Numbered from the stretch's first letter, positions 41,614 through 52,188 are shown. The stretch: 64,000 nt of DNA from an uncultured Algibacter sp. (GCA_938003745.1 CALKXS010000084.1:6746-70745); one strand, 5' to 3'. Notes: generated by a model not told the origin, from the letters alone. Made by a program: numbers and translations.

Positions 41614-42351
41614 TTATACTATTTTTTGAAAAAGATAGTTTGGATTTTTAGAAACAAATTTATAGTTTTTATTCTTCTTCATTTCTTTCATAAACAAGGC
41701 ACTTCCAAAGTGCGAACCATCTATAGAATCATCAAATAAAACAAATCCTGATTTTACCAAATGTTTGTTTACATTCTCAAAGTCTCTTTTAGCATACTCA
41801 TAACTATGGTCACCATCTATATATGCAAATGATATCGGATCACCTAATTGAATATCCCTTTCAAAAAGATCCTTTATTTTTATTTTTTGCTCATACTTTT
41901 CAAAAAAAGCATCAGAAGTTAAATGAAATGAATGGGGTAAATTTTCAGCATTCAAAAACTTCATACTTCTCATAAAATTATTTTTCATGTACTCAGCAAA
42001 ACTAGAACATGTAATGGTATCACTTCCATCAATCATACAGGATTCAGTATATGTATCCTTAACTCCACCATATATCCATGGATCGCAATTGAATAATTTT
42101 TCAGTACGATTGTTTTTTTTCAACAAATGCAAAATAAGACTTGTAGACAGTCCACCATAAGAACCAATCTCAACAACACAACCATTATTTGGCATATTTT
42201 TCAAGGCATAATCAATTAGATAAGGATTGCCAACATGTAACATCCCTTCTCCAGTAACAAGACTTCTTAGCAAATTAATAAACATATCATCAGGAAGTTT
42301 CTTAGCCCTTATATGAGAAAACCCTCTTCTTATTTTCTTAAAATCTATCAT
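41614..42351 (-). CDS. Class I SAM methyltransferase (Methyltransf_24-like)
   Basis: VEIGSYGGLS, YIDGDHSYE, GFVLFDD. Confidence 0.85.
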   Translation of the reverse strand: MIDFKKIRRGFSHIRAKKLPDDMFINLLRSLVTGEGMLHVGNPYLIDYALKNMPNNGCVVEIGSYGGLSTSLILHLLKKNNRTEKLFNCDPWIYGGVKDTYTESCMIDGSDTITCSSFAEYMKNNFMRSMKFLNAENLPHSFHLTSDAFFEKYEQKIKIKDLFERDIQLGDPISFAYIDGDHSYEYAKRDFENVNKHLVKSGFVLFDDSIDGSHFGSALFMKEMKKNKNYKFVSKNPNYLFQKIV

Positions 42352-42579
42352 TATTTATTTGCTGTTAATCGTTTTTATTCTAAAAATTATCACGGAATTT
42401 TTAGCGTTTTTTAGAGCTTTAAATTTACATAAATTTTCTATAAAGAATGCAAGCGGAATAACTTTTATATACTGTACTAATGATCATTTTAATTAGAAAT
42501 GAATTCTTTATCATTAATTATATATTGTATTTTTATTAGCGAATATTTTGTTTTTTTACTTTATAATAAACTGATTTAT

Positions 42580-43737
42580 ATGATTTTAAAAAATATTACT
42601 ATTTTAAATAACCAAAATGTATCATCTAAACAAAACCTCTATATTGGTAGAGATAAAATAGTAAATTCCAATTCTATAGAAAAAAACGATTCTGATGTAG
42701 TTATTGAATTCCCTTTTGAAGTTATTGCTTTTCCTGGCTTAACCAACTCTCATGAGCATTTGACTTTGAACACACATCCTATACACAAAAATAAAACGTA
42801 CGTTGACTATGTTGAATGGACATATGACAATTTTGAAAAAACTATCGAAGAAATCAATTCGGTTCCTTTTCAATTAAAATATGAATGGGGTATTTTAAAA
42901 AATGTATTGCACGGTTTCACAACAATTCTTCAACACGATGCTTATTTAAAAAATTACACCTCAAAGATTGCGGATATCTATACAGATACATTGACAATTC
43001 ATTCTTTAACTTTCGATAAAAAATGGAAATTAAAAGCATTGCTTCCTTTTTCCAAAAAGAAAATTATCCATATTGCTGAAGGAACCAGTAGTACAGCAAA
43101 AAATGAATTCAAAAAATTTTCAAAATGGTGTTTAAATTCTAAAAACATACTCGCTGTACATGGAATTAGCTTAGAAGAAAATGAAACGAAAAAAATTGGT
43201 GGATTGATTTGGTGCCCAAATTCTAACATGCACCTTTATGAAAAAACTGCTGACATAAAAAGGCTTAAAAAAAGTACACCTATATTATTTGGAACAGATT
43301 CTACCGTAAGCTCTGATTGGAATTTATGGAAACACTTAAAACAAGCACGAAATTTTAACTATTTATCAGACCAAGAATTATTTGATAGCATTACAAAAAC
43401 ACCTGCTAAAATTTTCAATTGGAAAAACAAAGGTTCTTTAAAAGCGGGAGCGATGGCTGATATTGTCATTGCAAAAAAAAGCAATTCTAATTTTTACGAT
43501 TCTTTTTATTCTTTAGAGTCTAAAGATATTCTATTGATTGTAAAATCTGGTAATATTATTTTTTATGACGATTGCATTTCTGAAAAAATAACTATAGCAA
43601 TAGATACAGAAACGTTTGAAAAAATTGAAATTCAAAGAAGCATTAAGTTTGTCCGCTTCGGCATCAATTCTTTAGTAAAAAAAATCCAAAAATATCATCC
43701 TGATTTTTCTTTTGAGTCTTATTTCAAGATTCTATAA
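42580..43737 (+). CDS. Amidohydrolase family protein (deaminase-like)
   Basis: PGLTNSHEHL, HIAEG, AVHG, WCPNSN, FGTDS, GSLKAGAMAD; start moved to MILKN. Confidence 0.87.
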   Translation: MILKNITILNNQNVSSKQNLYIGRDKIVNSNSIEKNDSDVVIEFPFEVIAFPGLTNSHEHLTLNTHPIHKNKTYVDYVEWTYDNFEKTIEEINSVPFQLKYEWGILKNVLHGFTTILQHDAYLKNYTSKIADIYTDTLTIHSLTFDKKWKLKALLPFSKKKIIHIAEGTSSTAKNEFKKFSKWCLNSKNILAVHGISLEENETKKIGGLIWCPNSNMHLYEKTADIKRLKKSTPILFGTDSTVSSDWNLWKHLKQARNFNYLSDQELFDSITKTPAKIFNWKNKGSLKAGAMADIVIAKKSNSNFYDSFYSLESKDILLIVKSGNIIFYDDCISEKITIAIDTETFEKIEIQRSIKFVRFGINSLVKKIQKYHPDFSFESYFKIL

Positions 43738-43741
43738 CAAT

Positions 43742-44716
43742 TTATTTTTTAAAAAAATAATGCTCATTTTGTTGAATGCATTCTTTTAGTTTTTTAGCAA
43801 AAATTAAATTGGATTTATTGTTTGGATGTGGATCTAATTCATTTAAAATATATCCTGTCAAATTTTTATCCTTAAAAAAAATAGATACATCTAAAAATAA
43901 AAGGCTATTCTTTTCAGCTAACTCTTTAATTTGATGTACTCTTTTAGAATTGTAAGCAAGATCGATATAAAAAACAAGTCCTTTTACATCTTTTTTTGTA
44001 AGTATATTATTTATTACGTTGAATTTTTGATCTACAAATTCTAGTTGATAGTTTTTATAGACTACGGTTTCATTTTTATACGGATTCAATTTTATTTTAA
44101 GTAATTTTTTCAAGTACGAATCCCAGAAAACATTTTTCTTAGGCTTGATAATAAATGCATCCAAATTAAAATCTCTTCCTTTTTCCTTCTGATCGTTAGG
44201 TGCACAAAAACCAAATATTACTAGATCAGGATTGTATTTCAATACTTTTTTTTCTAAAATCATTGTGTATTCGTCCAAACCATATCCAGATACACCAAAA
44301 TTTAAAAACTCATATGCATTTTTATTTTCATCTATCGAAAGAAGTGTTTCCGTTTTTTTAGCATAAAGCTCTTCTTCCGAAACGCCAGTTCCCATTGTAT
44401 AAGAATCTCCTATAACAGCGACTCTTCTTTTATTTTTTTTAAGCTTATAATTTTCACCTCTAAACCCTTCACTATTGGTATGAAAATCTACCAATTTGTA
44501 CTTTGTATCTAAATTGGGCAATAATTCATACTTTAATCCATTTATTTCAGAATATTGAACGAGACCTGAATTGTCAAAAATTCCAAAAGAGTTGGTTTTA
44601 GAATATGAAAAAGCAGCACTTTTAAAAAAATAAATCCTCGAAATAACTTCTCCTAAAAATAAACCTATAAAAAGTCCAATTGAAAGTAAAATAAGTTTGA
44701 ATTTTAACTGTTTCAC
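43742..44716 (-). CDS. Membrane-anchored SGNH/GDSL-fold protein
   Basis: N-terminal TM helix; TNSEGFRG, IGDSY, NFGVSGY, LDPHPN. Confidence 0.85.
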   Translation of the reverse strand: MKQLKFKLILLSIGLFIGLFLGEVISRIYFFKSAAFSYSKTNSFGIFDNSGLVQYSEINGLKYELLPNLDTKYKLVDFHTNSEGFRGENYKLKKNKRRVAVIGDSYTMGTGVSEEELYAKKTETLLSIDENKNAYEFLNFGVSGYGLDEYTMILEKKVLKYNPDLVIFGFCAPNDQKEKGRDFNLDAFIIKPKKNVFWDSYLKKLLKIKLNPYKNETVVYKNYQLEFVDQKFNVINNILTKKDVKGLVFYIDLAYNSKRVHQIKELAEKNSLLFLDVSIFFKDKNLTGYILNELDPHPNNKSNLIFAKKLKECIQQNEHYFFKK

Positions 44717-44737
44717 AAGATTTAAAATATTCTTAAA

Positions 44738-45883
44738 TTATTTTTTAGATCTCATTTTGTTCAACTTGTACAGAATTAAAACAATCCACTGCATGATACA
44801 TACACTCACTAAAACCCCAAACACCTCATGTTTTTTAATAAAAACCAATACTGCAATAAAGTTACATACAAAACCAATACAATTCATATAAATTATTTTA
44901 CGTTCTTGATTGTTTTTCATAAGTTCAAGAACATCTAACGTATAATAAAAAGAAGGTATCGAGATCAAAACCCCCATACTATAATAACTGTAATGAAGGT
45001 TTAATTGTACAAATTGCTCCATAAAAAGCCAAATCATAAAACCGCCTAACGAAGTTAAAGGAATCGCAATAAAATTTAATTTTATTTGAATTTTATTTAG
45101 CAAACTAACTGATGAACGATACATGTGTTTTCGAAATGGAATTGTTATAAAACTAGCAACTGCTTGCAACATTAAAAATGCTGCAATTAACAATTGATAC
45201 TCTGATAGCCTAGCTTTTGGCAAGTACAAATTGACAATATAAAGATCTATTTTAGAAGTTGCCCAACCACTAAAACCCAATGCAAAAAACCAAAAGCCTG
45301 CTTTAAATTCTTGTATTGAAAATTCATAAGAAAATTTCTTATCCCATAATTTAAAAGAAACAGACAATAACAATAATTTTGCTAAAAAAGCCCAACAATA
45401 TAGTTCTAAGAAAATATCTAAGCTATACGATTCTATATAAAGAACACTTATAAAAACAATTCCAAAAGCAACTATCTCTGCAATAAATTGAGCACTGAAT
45501 TTTTGATAAAAAATAACCAAACTATCCAGTGCATTATAACTATGCATCAATACTACAAGTGCAACGCACTTTATTGCAATGGAAAATGGGAAAAAGAAAA
45601 AAAACACCAACGCCAAAGGAAGCAATGCACTTCGACTTAAAAAATTAGAATAAAAGGCATGTTCTATTTTTGTAGGATTTTTGCTGTATTTCCGAATCAA
45701 GTATTCTTTATTTCCCCAGCCCAAACTAAAAACAACGAAGAAAACCCACAACAAAATGTTTATTAATGTTCCCCAATCTTCTTTTCCGAAAAATTTGATT
45801 CCAAAAACTGCAATCAAAAAATTAAACATTGGTACTGAAAACCCACGCAACGTATTTATTAAAATTAGCATGAATTTATTCAT
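44738..45883 (-). CDS. Wzx/MATE-like multi-pass membrane protein, putative flippase
   Basis: About 10-12 hydrophobic segments; SKIDLYIV...YQ pattern; adjacent to a glycosyltransferase. Confidence 0.65.
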   Translation of the reverse strand: MNKFMLILINTLRGFSVPMFNFLIAVFGIKFFGKEDWGTLINILLWVFFVVFSLGWGNKEYLIRKYSKNPTKIEHAFYSNFLSRSALLPLALVFFFFFPFSIAIKCVALVVLMHSYNALDSLVIFYQKFSAQFIAEIVAFGIVFISVLYIESYSLDIFLELYCWAFLAKLLLLSVSFKLWDKKFSYEFSIQEFKAGFWFFALGFSGWATSKIDLYIVNLYLPKARLSEYQLLIAAFLMLQAVASFITIPFRKHMYRSSVSLLNKIQIKLNFIAIPLTSLGGFMIWLFMEQFVQLNLHYSYYSMGVLISIPSFYYTLDVLELMKNNQERKIIYMNCIGFVCNFIAVLVFIKKHEVFGVLVSVCIMQWIVLILYKLNKMRSKK

Positions 45884-46925
45884 GATACAATTTTAAATAC
45901 GCTTCTAAAGATTCTTTTTCAGAAGAAATTAAAATACGCTCTTTTTTTTGAAGCTCTTTGTTTAAAATTTGCTGACAAGCTTCAACCATTTCTTTTTCTG
46001 TAATTGTAACAAACCACTTTGGAATAGCAGTTGCAAAACCTACATTCTTAGAAACAATGGACATTCCAGAATTTAAGGCTTCCAAAAATACATATCCAAA
46101 AGATTCATAACTACTTGTATGTAATAGTATTTTTGCTCGTGCCATTTTTCGAAAAACTTCTTCCCTAGAAAGTATGCCTTTCAATTGAATTGCTTCTAAA
46201 AGATTTGCTTCTCTTATTAAATTTTTAAGTTTTTTTTGATCTTTACCTCCTCCTATAATTTCAACTTTAAGTGCTGGCCGCTTTTTCACCAACTCCCCAA
46301 CAATTCTTATAAAAAGAGGATAATTTTTTATAGGAATTAAGGAACCAACTCCTAGAATATCAATAGACGGTTTTTCTAATTCCGGAAAAACACGACTCTC
46401 TAAAAACCAAGGAATCAATGTCGATTTCAGTCCATAATTTTCAAGTAAGATTCTTTTGTGATTTTCAGACAACGTCACTAATCTTGTTTTAGAATTCACT
46501 AAGAATTTTACATACCGATTTCCTAGGCGTGCATCTTGCCCCATAACCGTTGTAACATGCTGAATATTGTGCTTTTTTGAAAAGCGAACTCCAACTTTAG
46601 AACATTCTCCTATCCAAAAACTATGAATACATGTAATCGATTGTTTTTTATGTAAACGCCTCAATATTTGAAATGCCTTTTCCCAAATAAAAATTTTCTT
46701 CAGACGCATTAATTTCCCATTCAATGGAATCACTTCTATTCCGTTCCAATCGTATTTTTCTGTTGTATAAGGAAATTGAAATGTTAATAATGTCATTTTA
46801 CAATCGGGCAATGCTTTGCGCAAACTTTTTATATAAATTTGCAATGCAGGTATTGAAATAGAATCTTGTTCAGATTCTGCAAAACCAGGTGTTAAAAAAA
46901 CGATATTTGAATTTTTATTTTTCAA
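45876..46925 (-). CDS. Glycosyltransferase family 4
   Basis: VGSLIPIKN, TSSYESFGYVFLEAL (Ex7E). Confidence 0.9.
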   Translation of the reverse strand: MKNKNSNIVFLTPGFAESEQDSISIPALQIYIKSLRKALPDCKMTLLTFQFPYTTEKYDWNGIEVIPLNGKLMRLKKIFIWEKAFQILRRLHKKQSITCIHSFWIGECSKVGVRFSKKHNIQHVTTVMGQDARLGNRYVKFLVNSKTRLVTLSENHKRILLENYGLKSTLIPWFLESRVFPELEKPSIDILGVGSLIPIKNYPLFIRIVGELVKKRPALKVEIIGGGKDQKKLKNLIREANLLEAIQLKGILSREEVFRKMARAKILLHTSSYESFGYVFLEALNSGMSIVSKNVGFATAIPKWFVTITEKEMVEACQQILNKELQKKERILISSEKESLEAYLKLYHE

Positions 46926-46926
46926 T

Positions 46927-47859
46927 TTAAAAAGTATCTAAATCTCCTAAAGTTAACTTGAGTTGTTCTAATGGGAATTCAGAAGTGAAATTTTTAAAAC
47001 CAACTGCCCAAGAATCAACAGATTTTTTCGCATATTCTTGCATTAGTTTTGCTATTTGAGTATCTGGAGAAGCTTGAATATTTATTTCTCCAATTCCATT
47101 AGAAGCCGCTATTTGTTTCAATTTTTGAAAAGCTTTATGAAACAATTCTTCCGAAAAAACTTCAACATCACCTATAAGCAAACCGTTTTTAATTTTTATC
47201 CAAAAAAGCACACCTTTAATAGAAATTGTAAAATTATTTGTAAAAGATTTATAGGTGTAAAACTCATCGTTTCTAGAGGTAGAAACTACATCTTTATTCA
47301 AAAAAACACTTCCAATAATTTTTTTATCAGTTTTGTATTTCTCAAAAACTTTTGAAATTTTCTTATCGTAGAAACGATTTGTTGAATCAAGTTTTCGTGC
47401 AATTTTTTCTATTGGAATAAATGATGTTCTTATATTAAACCGTTGTAATCGTTCTTTGTATTGCCAATCTAATTTGTTCATATATCCGTATTCAGAATTT
47501 TGATTTGGAAATCCCCAAACAAATTTAATATTTGCTTCTTTTAACAAAGTATCTGTCAATTTTCCTAGCTTCGTAAACAAACCATTTCCAGTATAATCTG
47601 GAAGTGTCATTGCGTCTCCATATTGTGCAGCCAATTCATATTTCTCTTTGTATTTCATTAATACAGGAACAGCACCATGAAAAGCAATAGGATTTTCCCT
47701 ATCATATGCCAGATGTCCAAAATAACCTGTACCTAAATAAGAGGTGTCAAATTTTGTTAAAACATCTTCTAACGTTACTGTATTTCCAAAAACTTCTTTA
47801 TAGAGATATGCTAAATCTTTTATATTTTCTGAAGTAAGTGGTACTAATGTGTATGACAT
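46927..47859 (-). CDS. GNAT-family acyltransferase
   Basis: DAMTLPDYTGNGLF acyl-CoA binding loop; WGFPN. Confidence 0.8.
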   Translation of the reverse strand: MSYTLVPLTSENIKDLAYLYKEVFGNTVTLEDVLTKFDTSYLGTGYFGHLAYDRENPIAFHGAVPVLMKYKEKYELAAQYGDAMTLPDYTGNGLFTKLGKLTDTLLKEANIKFVWGFPNQNSEYGYMNKLDWQYKERLQRFNIRTSFIPIEKIARKLDSTNRFYDKKISKVFEKYKTDKKIIGSVFLNKDVVSTSRNDEFYTYKSFTNNFTISIKGVLFWIKIKNGLLIGDVEVFSEELFHKAFQKLKQIAASNGIGEINIQASPDTQIAKLMQEYAKKSVDSWAVGFKNFTSEFPLEQLKLTLGDLDTF

Positions 47860-47863
47860 AATT

Positions 47864-48850
47864 TTAAAAATAAGAACCTTTTAACAAACTAACTAATTGA
47901 AGCTCAAATGAAATGTAAGGATTCATTACAAAACGTTTTTTAAATGCTTCATTTTTTTCTATTTCGTTTTTATTATAATCAACCAATAAAACTTTTTCAT
48001 ATCCTATTTCAAGACAATAATTCGCTAGTTCCTCTGTATAATACCCAAATGGAAATGCAAATTCTTTAATCGGAAAACCAAGTGTTTTTTCTAGTATTTG
48101 TTTGCTTTCAGAAATTTCATTTTTTGCGGCTTCTAATGGAATGGCTACTAAATTTGCATGTGTTTTTGCATGAGACCCAACAGTAAATAGCGCGTCTTTC
48201 GCTATTGCTATTAATTGCTCAAAACTCATTAACTTCCAATATTCTTCTAAAGGTTTTGATGTTATATTTTTCCAATCGTCTTCAAAAACACCATACATTT
48301 CTTCAATTTTTTCGTAAGGTATTGTTTTTAATGTATTTTTTAAAGAAACCCCTTTGTAGGTGAATTCTTTTTTTTCATTTCTCGTATATACATTTCCATC
48401 AAAAACAACTTGTTTTTTTGTTGAATATTTCGAAACTAAATCTAAAAAGTCTGGCCATAAAAAAGAACTTTTTTTATGAATTGTTGTTATGTAAAAACTC
48501 GCTGGAACTTTATATTTCTTAAGAATAGGAATTGCATATTCATAATTATTTAAATACCCGTCATCAAAGGTTAAAGCAATATTCAATGTGTTTTTTTTGA
48601 ACTTCTTTCTATAATAATCATCTAGGGAAATGACATTATAATTTGAAGTTATATAATGTATAAAACGTTCAAAATATTCTTTAGAAATAAATCTGCTATT
48701 TATATCTGTATCTCCAACAGTATCAACACCATGAAATACTAAAATCTGTTCTCCATATCTATTCTTTAGCAAGCTTTTTTTGAATCCTATTTTTAATAAA
48801 AAGACTCTATATAATAGTAATAATCGCGCTTTTATTCTAATCCACAACAT
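47864..48850 (-). CDS. Polysaccharide deacetylase (CE4/NodB)
   Basis: LTFDDGY, GSHAKTH, FAFPFG; start at MLWIRIK overlapping the upstream stop. Confidence 0.9.
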   Translation of the reverse strand: MLWIRIKARLLLLYRVFLLKIGFKKSLLKNRYGEQILVFHGVDTVGDTDINSRFISKEYFERFIHYITSNYNVISLDDYYRKKFKKNTLNIALTFDDGYLNNYEYAIPILKKYKVPASFYITTIHKKSSFLWPDFLDLVSKYSTKKQVVFDGNVYTRNEKKEFTYKGVSLKNTLKTIPYEKIEEMYGVFEDDWKNITSKPLEEYWKLMSFEQLIAIAKDALFTVGSHAKTHANLVAIPLEAAKNEISESKQILEKTLGFPIKEFAFPFGYYTEELANYCLEIGYEKVLLVDYNKNEIEKNEAFKKRFVMNPYISFELQLVSLLKGSYF

Positions 48851-50285
48851 TGTCTTTTTTATTTTGAAGTTGATATAAATGCCATCCACCTCCAAACGTT
48901 TCTATAACATTCAATTTGTAAGACGTGTTAATTGATTTCCAATTGATCATTGGGTTTTTTCCTTTCCATTGTTTTTTCAATTGTGTTGGATTGAACAAAA
49001 CCAAATCACCTTCCAAAAAATTGTTATGAAGTTTGTCATACAAGCTTTCATATTCAAAATTCAATCCTCTTCCTGCAAGTGCAATATCTAAATCAAAAGC
49101 ATATAACTTAGTTCCTTGATAAGAAATGATTTTTGAAACTACAATATTTTCAAATTGAGATCTATAAAAAATGCTTTTATAAGTATGCATAAAAAAAAGA
49201 AGTTGTATCAATACCACTACAGGAATCACGAACTTAGCAAAATGCTTTTCAAGTAATTTTAATTGCATCAACTCTTTGTATGCAGGATATAAAAACAATA
49301 AAACCAATGGATAAATAAGTCCTAAAACTCTTGAGTTCTGAAAAGGAATGCCTGCCAAAAAAAACAGATACAATGCTATTGAAAAAAGAAGTGTTTTTTG
49401 AAAGAAAGTAAAAGAATATAGTCTCTTTTTAAAAAAGTAATATCCTAAAAAGACACCTATAAAAATAAATCCAGGATGGAAAAATACATAAAAAACATAT
49501 AGTAGATTAAAGCAGGAATATTCTTGTACTCCATCTGCTGTAATATAAGAGGATTTAAAAAAATTAAATAGGCTCCAAGAATTCAAAAAATAATTAGACG
49601 TTGCGTTCAAAAGAGCTCCCCATTGAAAAATAAGAAATGGAATTGTTACCAGCATGCTACAAAAAACAGATAGCAATAAACTACCATAATATCTTTTTTT
49701 GTAAACTATATAAAGTGCATATATAAGTATTGGAAACAAAACAATCAAGGATGCATAGCGTGTCATAAAAGCGCAGATCATAAAAAAGAACATTGGTAAT
49801 GCTTTTGATTGTTTCAAATAAAACTTAAAAAAGAAGTAAAAACTCAGAATTACAAACATAGAAGCCATAGCATCAGACATGACAATCATTCCAGATTTTA
49901 AAAAATAAGGTGAAAGCATACCGAAACACAATACATACCAAAATTTATATTTCTTATCTTCGAAAAATAAATGCAAAATTTTGTAAAGAAAAAAGACTGT
50001 TGTTGAAAAGCTTAGTACAGTCACAAATTGTAGCCCAAGAGCTGTATTTCCTAATAAAAACCCGAAAACACTTCCAAGAAAAGGATACAAAACTGGCCAA
50101 TAAAAGGCTCCAGGATGAATTCCTTCTGTAAAATACACCTGAATACCTTTGGTATATCTTAAGTATTCATATGGATCTTGACCATAAAGTCCATCACATC
50201 CAAAAAAGTTTAAACCAAATAAAAGTAAAAATGGAAAGACAAAGAAAACACCAAATTTGTAGGTTATGAGATGTGAGTTCTTCAA
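48837..50285 (-). CDS. GT-C fold (ArnT/PMT-like) integral membrane glycosyltransferase
   Basis: GQDPYEY in the first loop, YWPVLYP, MSD, TRY; about 12 TM helices. Confidence 0.7.
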   Translation of the reverse strand: MKNSHLITYKFGVFFVFPFLLLFGLNFFGCDGLYGQDPYEYLRYTKGIQVYFTEGIHPGAFYWPVLYPFLGSVFGFLLGNTALGLQFVTVLSFSTTVFFLYKILHLFFEDKKYKFWYVLCFGMLSPYFLKSGMIVMSDAMASMFVILSFYFFFKFYLKQSKALPMFFFMICAFMTRYASLIVLFPILIYALYIVYKKRYYGSLLLSVFCSMLVTIPFLIFQWGALLNATSNYFLNSWSLFNFFKSSYITADGVQEYSCFNLLYVFYVFFHPGFIFIGVFLGYYFFKKRLYSFTFFQKTLLFSIALYLFFLAGIPFQNSRVLGLIYPLVLLFLYPAYKELMQLKLLEKHFAKFVIPVVVLIQLLFFMHTYKSIFYRSQFENIVVSKIISYQGTKLYAFDLDIALAGRGLNFEYESLYDKLHNNFLEGDLVLFNPTQLKKQWKGKNPMINWKSINTSYKLNVIETFGGGWHLYQLQNKKDNVVD

Positions 50286-50330
50286 TACTTTTTTTATTTT
50301 GCAGGTTTAAATACAGAGTTTTTCGAAACT

Positions 50331-50362
50331 CAAATTTAAAGAAATGAAGTGAATTATATTTG
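50331..50362. promoter_or_regulatory. Back-to-back -7 elements for divergent cluster operons
   Basis: Minus-strand TAAATTTG at 50331-50338 and plus-strand TATATTTG at 50355-50362; no clear -33 elements. Confidence 0.4.
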
Positions 50363-50475
50363 AAAAAACAAAAAAATATAGTTCTTTAAGATTTGTAACC
50401 TTTATCAAAGAAAATCAAATTGAATTATATGCAAAATATATTCCTATTTATGAAAGCAGTTCTAAATTTAAAAAT

Positions 50476-51438
50476 GTGAAAAATTGTATTTTTTGTAATC
50501 AAAAAGAACAACAACTCGTTTTTAAAATTAAAACGTATTCATTTCCATGGAAGATACAAAAATGTCCTTTCTGCAAAGCTTATGAACTTTACCCTACTCC
50601 AACTGAAAAACAATTTAATGAAGTTTACAATACGGGTTACTATGGAAAAGGGAAAACAAAATTCAATCCGCTAATAGAGTTTTTTGTAGATATTTTTAGA
50701 GGCATGAGAGCTTCGAGAGCCGTAAAAGGAATTCAAAAAAATGCTAAAATATTAGATGTTGGTTGTGGCAGTGGTTCTTTTTTAAATTTTCTAAAAAAGA
50801 AATATAGCTTCGAATTGACTGGCCTAGAAATTGAAGGTGATGCAGCCTTAAGAGCAAAAGACAATAATAAAGGATTTACGCTATTAACTGGTTTTCTAAA
50901 AACTACAGATTTTAAAGCCCCTTTTGATCTAATTACGATGTATCATGTTTTTGAACATTTGTTGACACCTCATGAAGATTTAGAGCACATAAAAAAAATT
51001 ATAAACCCAAATGGGAAACTGGTAATTTCTATACCTAATATAGACAGTTGGCAAGCCTCTATTTTTAAAGACAAATGGTTTCATTTAGATGTTCCTCGAC
51101 ATCTTATTTTTTTCAAACCAAAAGATTTTAAAAAAATGATGCAATCTAAAAATTTTGAAATCAACAATGAACGATATATTTCTTGGGAGCAAAATCCTTA
51201 TGGTTATATACAGTCATGTTTGAATTGTCTCTCAAAAAAACATAATTTCCTATATGATTTTTTAAAAACAAACGTAAAAAACAGTTATAAAAAAAGAGAC
51301 CTATTCAGACTTGGGTTGCACATTCTTTTTACAGGAATTACATTACCTTTATTTCTGGTTTTAGATATTTTAGAAAGTATTTTCAAAAAATCTGCAACTG
51401 TTGAGTACACCTTTATTTATAGACCAAAAAATGATTAA
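50476..51438 (+). CDS. Class I SAM methyltransferase with N-terminal zinc ribbon
   Basis: CIFC...CPFC; LDVGCGSG; MYHVFEHL; PRHL. Confidence 0.88.
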   Translation: MKNCIFCNQKEQQLVFKIKTYSFPWKIQKCPFCKAYELYPTPTEKQFNEVYNTGYYGKGKTKFNPLIEFFVDIFRGMRASRAVKGIQKNAKILDVGCGSGSFLNFLKKKYSFELTGLEIEGDAALRAKDNNKGFTLLTGFLKTTDFKAPFDLITMYHVFEHLLTPHEDLEHIKKIINPNGKLVISIPNIDSWQASIFKDKWFHLDVPRHLIFFKPKDFKKMMQSKNFEINNERYISWEQNPYGYIQSCLNCLSKKHNFLYDFLKTNVKNSYKKRDLFRLGLHILFTGITLPLFLVLDILESIFKKSATVEYTFIYRPKND

Positions 51439-52171
51439 ATCTAAAAAAGTTATTGTTGTTTTACCTGCTTACAATGCTTCAAAAACATTGGAGCAAACCT
51501 ATCAAGAAATTCCGTTTGACATTGTAGATGATGTACTACTCGTTGATGACAATAGTACAGATAAAACATTATCTGTAGCTAAAAATCTTGGAATTGATCA
51601 AATTGTCAAACACGATAAAAATAAAGGGTATGGAGCCAATCAAAAAAGCTGTTATAAAAAGGCTTTGGAATTAGGAGCTGATATTGTAATTATGTTACAT
51701 CCGGACTACCAATACACTCCAAAATTAATTCATTCTATGTCTTTTTTAATTGCTAATGAAGTATATCCCGTAGTTCTTGGTTCTAGAATTTTAGGAAAAG
51801 GAGCTTTAAGAGGAGGGATGCCATTGTATAAATATATTTCAAATCGATTTTTGACTTTGTTTCAAAATATTTTAATTGGACAAAAATTATCTGAATACCA
51901 CACAGGGTTTCGAGCTTTTTCTAAAGGAGTATTGATTGCTCTTTGTTTAGAAAACAATTCTGATGATTTTATTTTTGACAATCAGATGTTGTGTCAAATA
52001 TTTCACAAAGGATTTGAAATTGGAGAAATAACCTGTCCAACTACTTACACCAATGAAAGCTCTTCTATCAATTTTAAAAGAAGTGTTACCTATGGTTTGG
52101 GAGTTTTAAAAACATCTATTCAGTATTTTTTAGCTAAAAAGAAAATAAAATCTTCCAATTTATTTAAATAG
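51431..52171 (+). CDS. Glycosyltransferase family 2 (DPM1-like polyprenyl-phosphate glycosyltransferase)
   Basis: VLPAYNA, VDDNSTD, GYGANQK, HPDYQY, SEYHTGFRA. Confidence 0.9.
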   Translation: MIKSKKVIVVLPAYNASKTLEQTYQEIPFDIVDDVLLVDDNSTDKTLSVAKNLGIDQIVKHDKNKGYGANQKSCYKKALELGADIVIMLHPDYQYTPKLIHSMSFLIANEVYPVVLGSRILGKGALRGGMPLYKYISNRFLTLFQNILIGQKLSEYHTGFRAFSKGVLIALCLENNSDDFIFDNQMLCQIFHKGFEIGEITCPTTYTNESSSINFKRSVTYGLGVLKTSIQYFLAKKKIKSSNLFK

Positions 52172-52188
52172 AAAACAAGCGTACTTTT

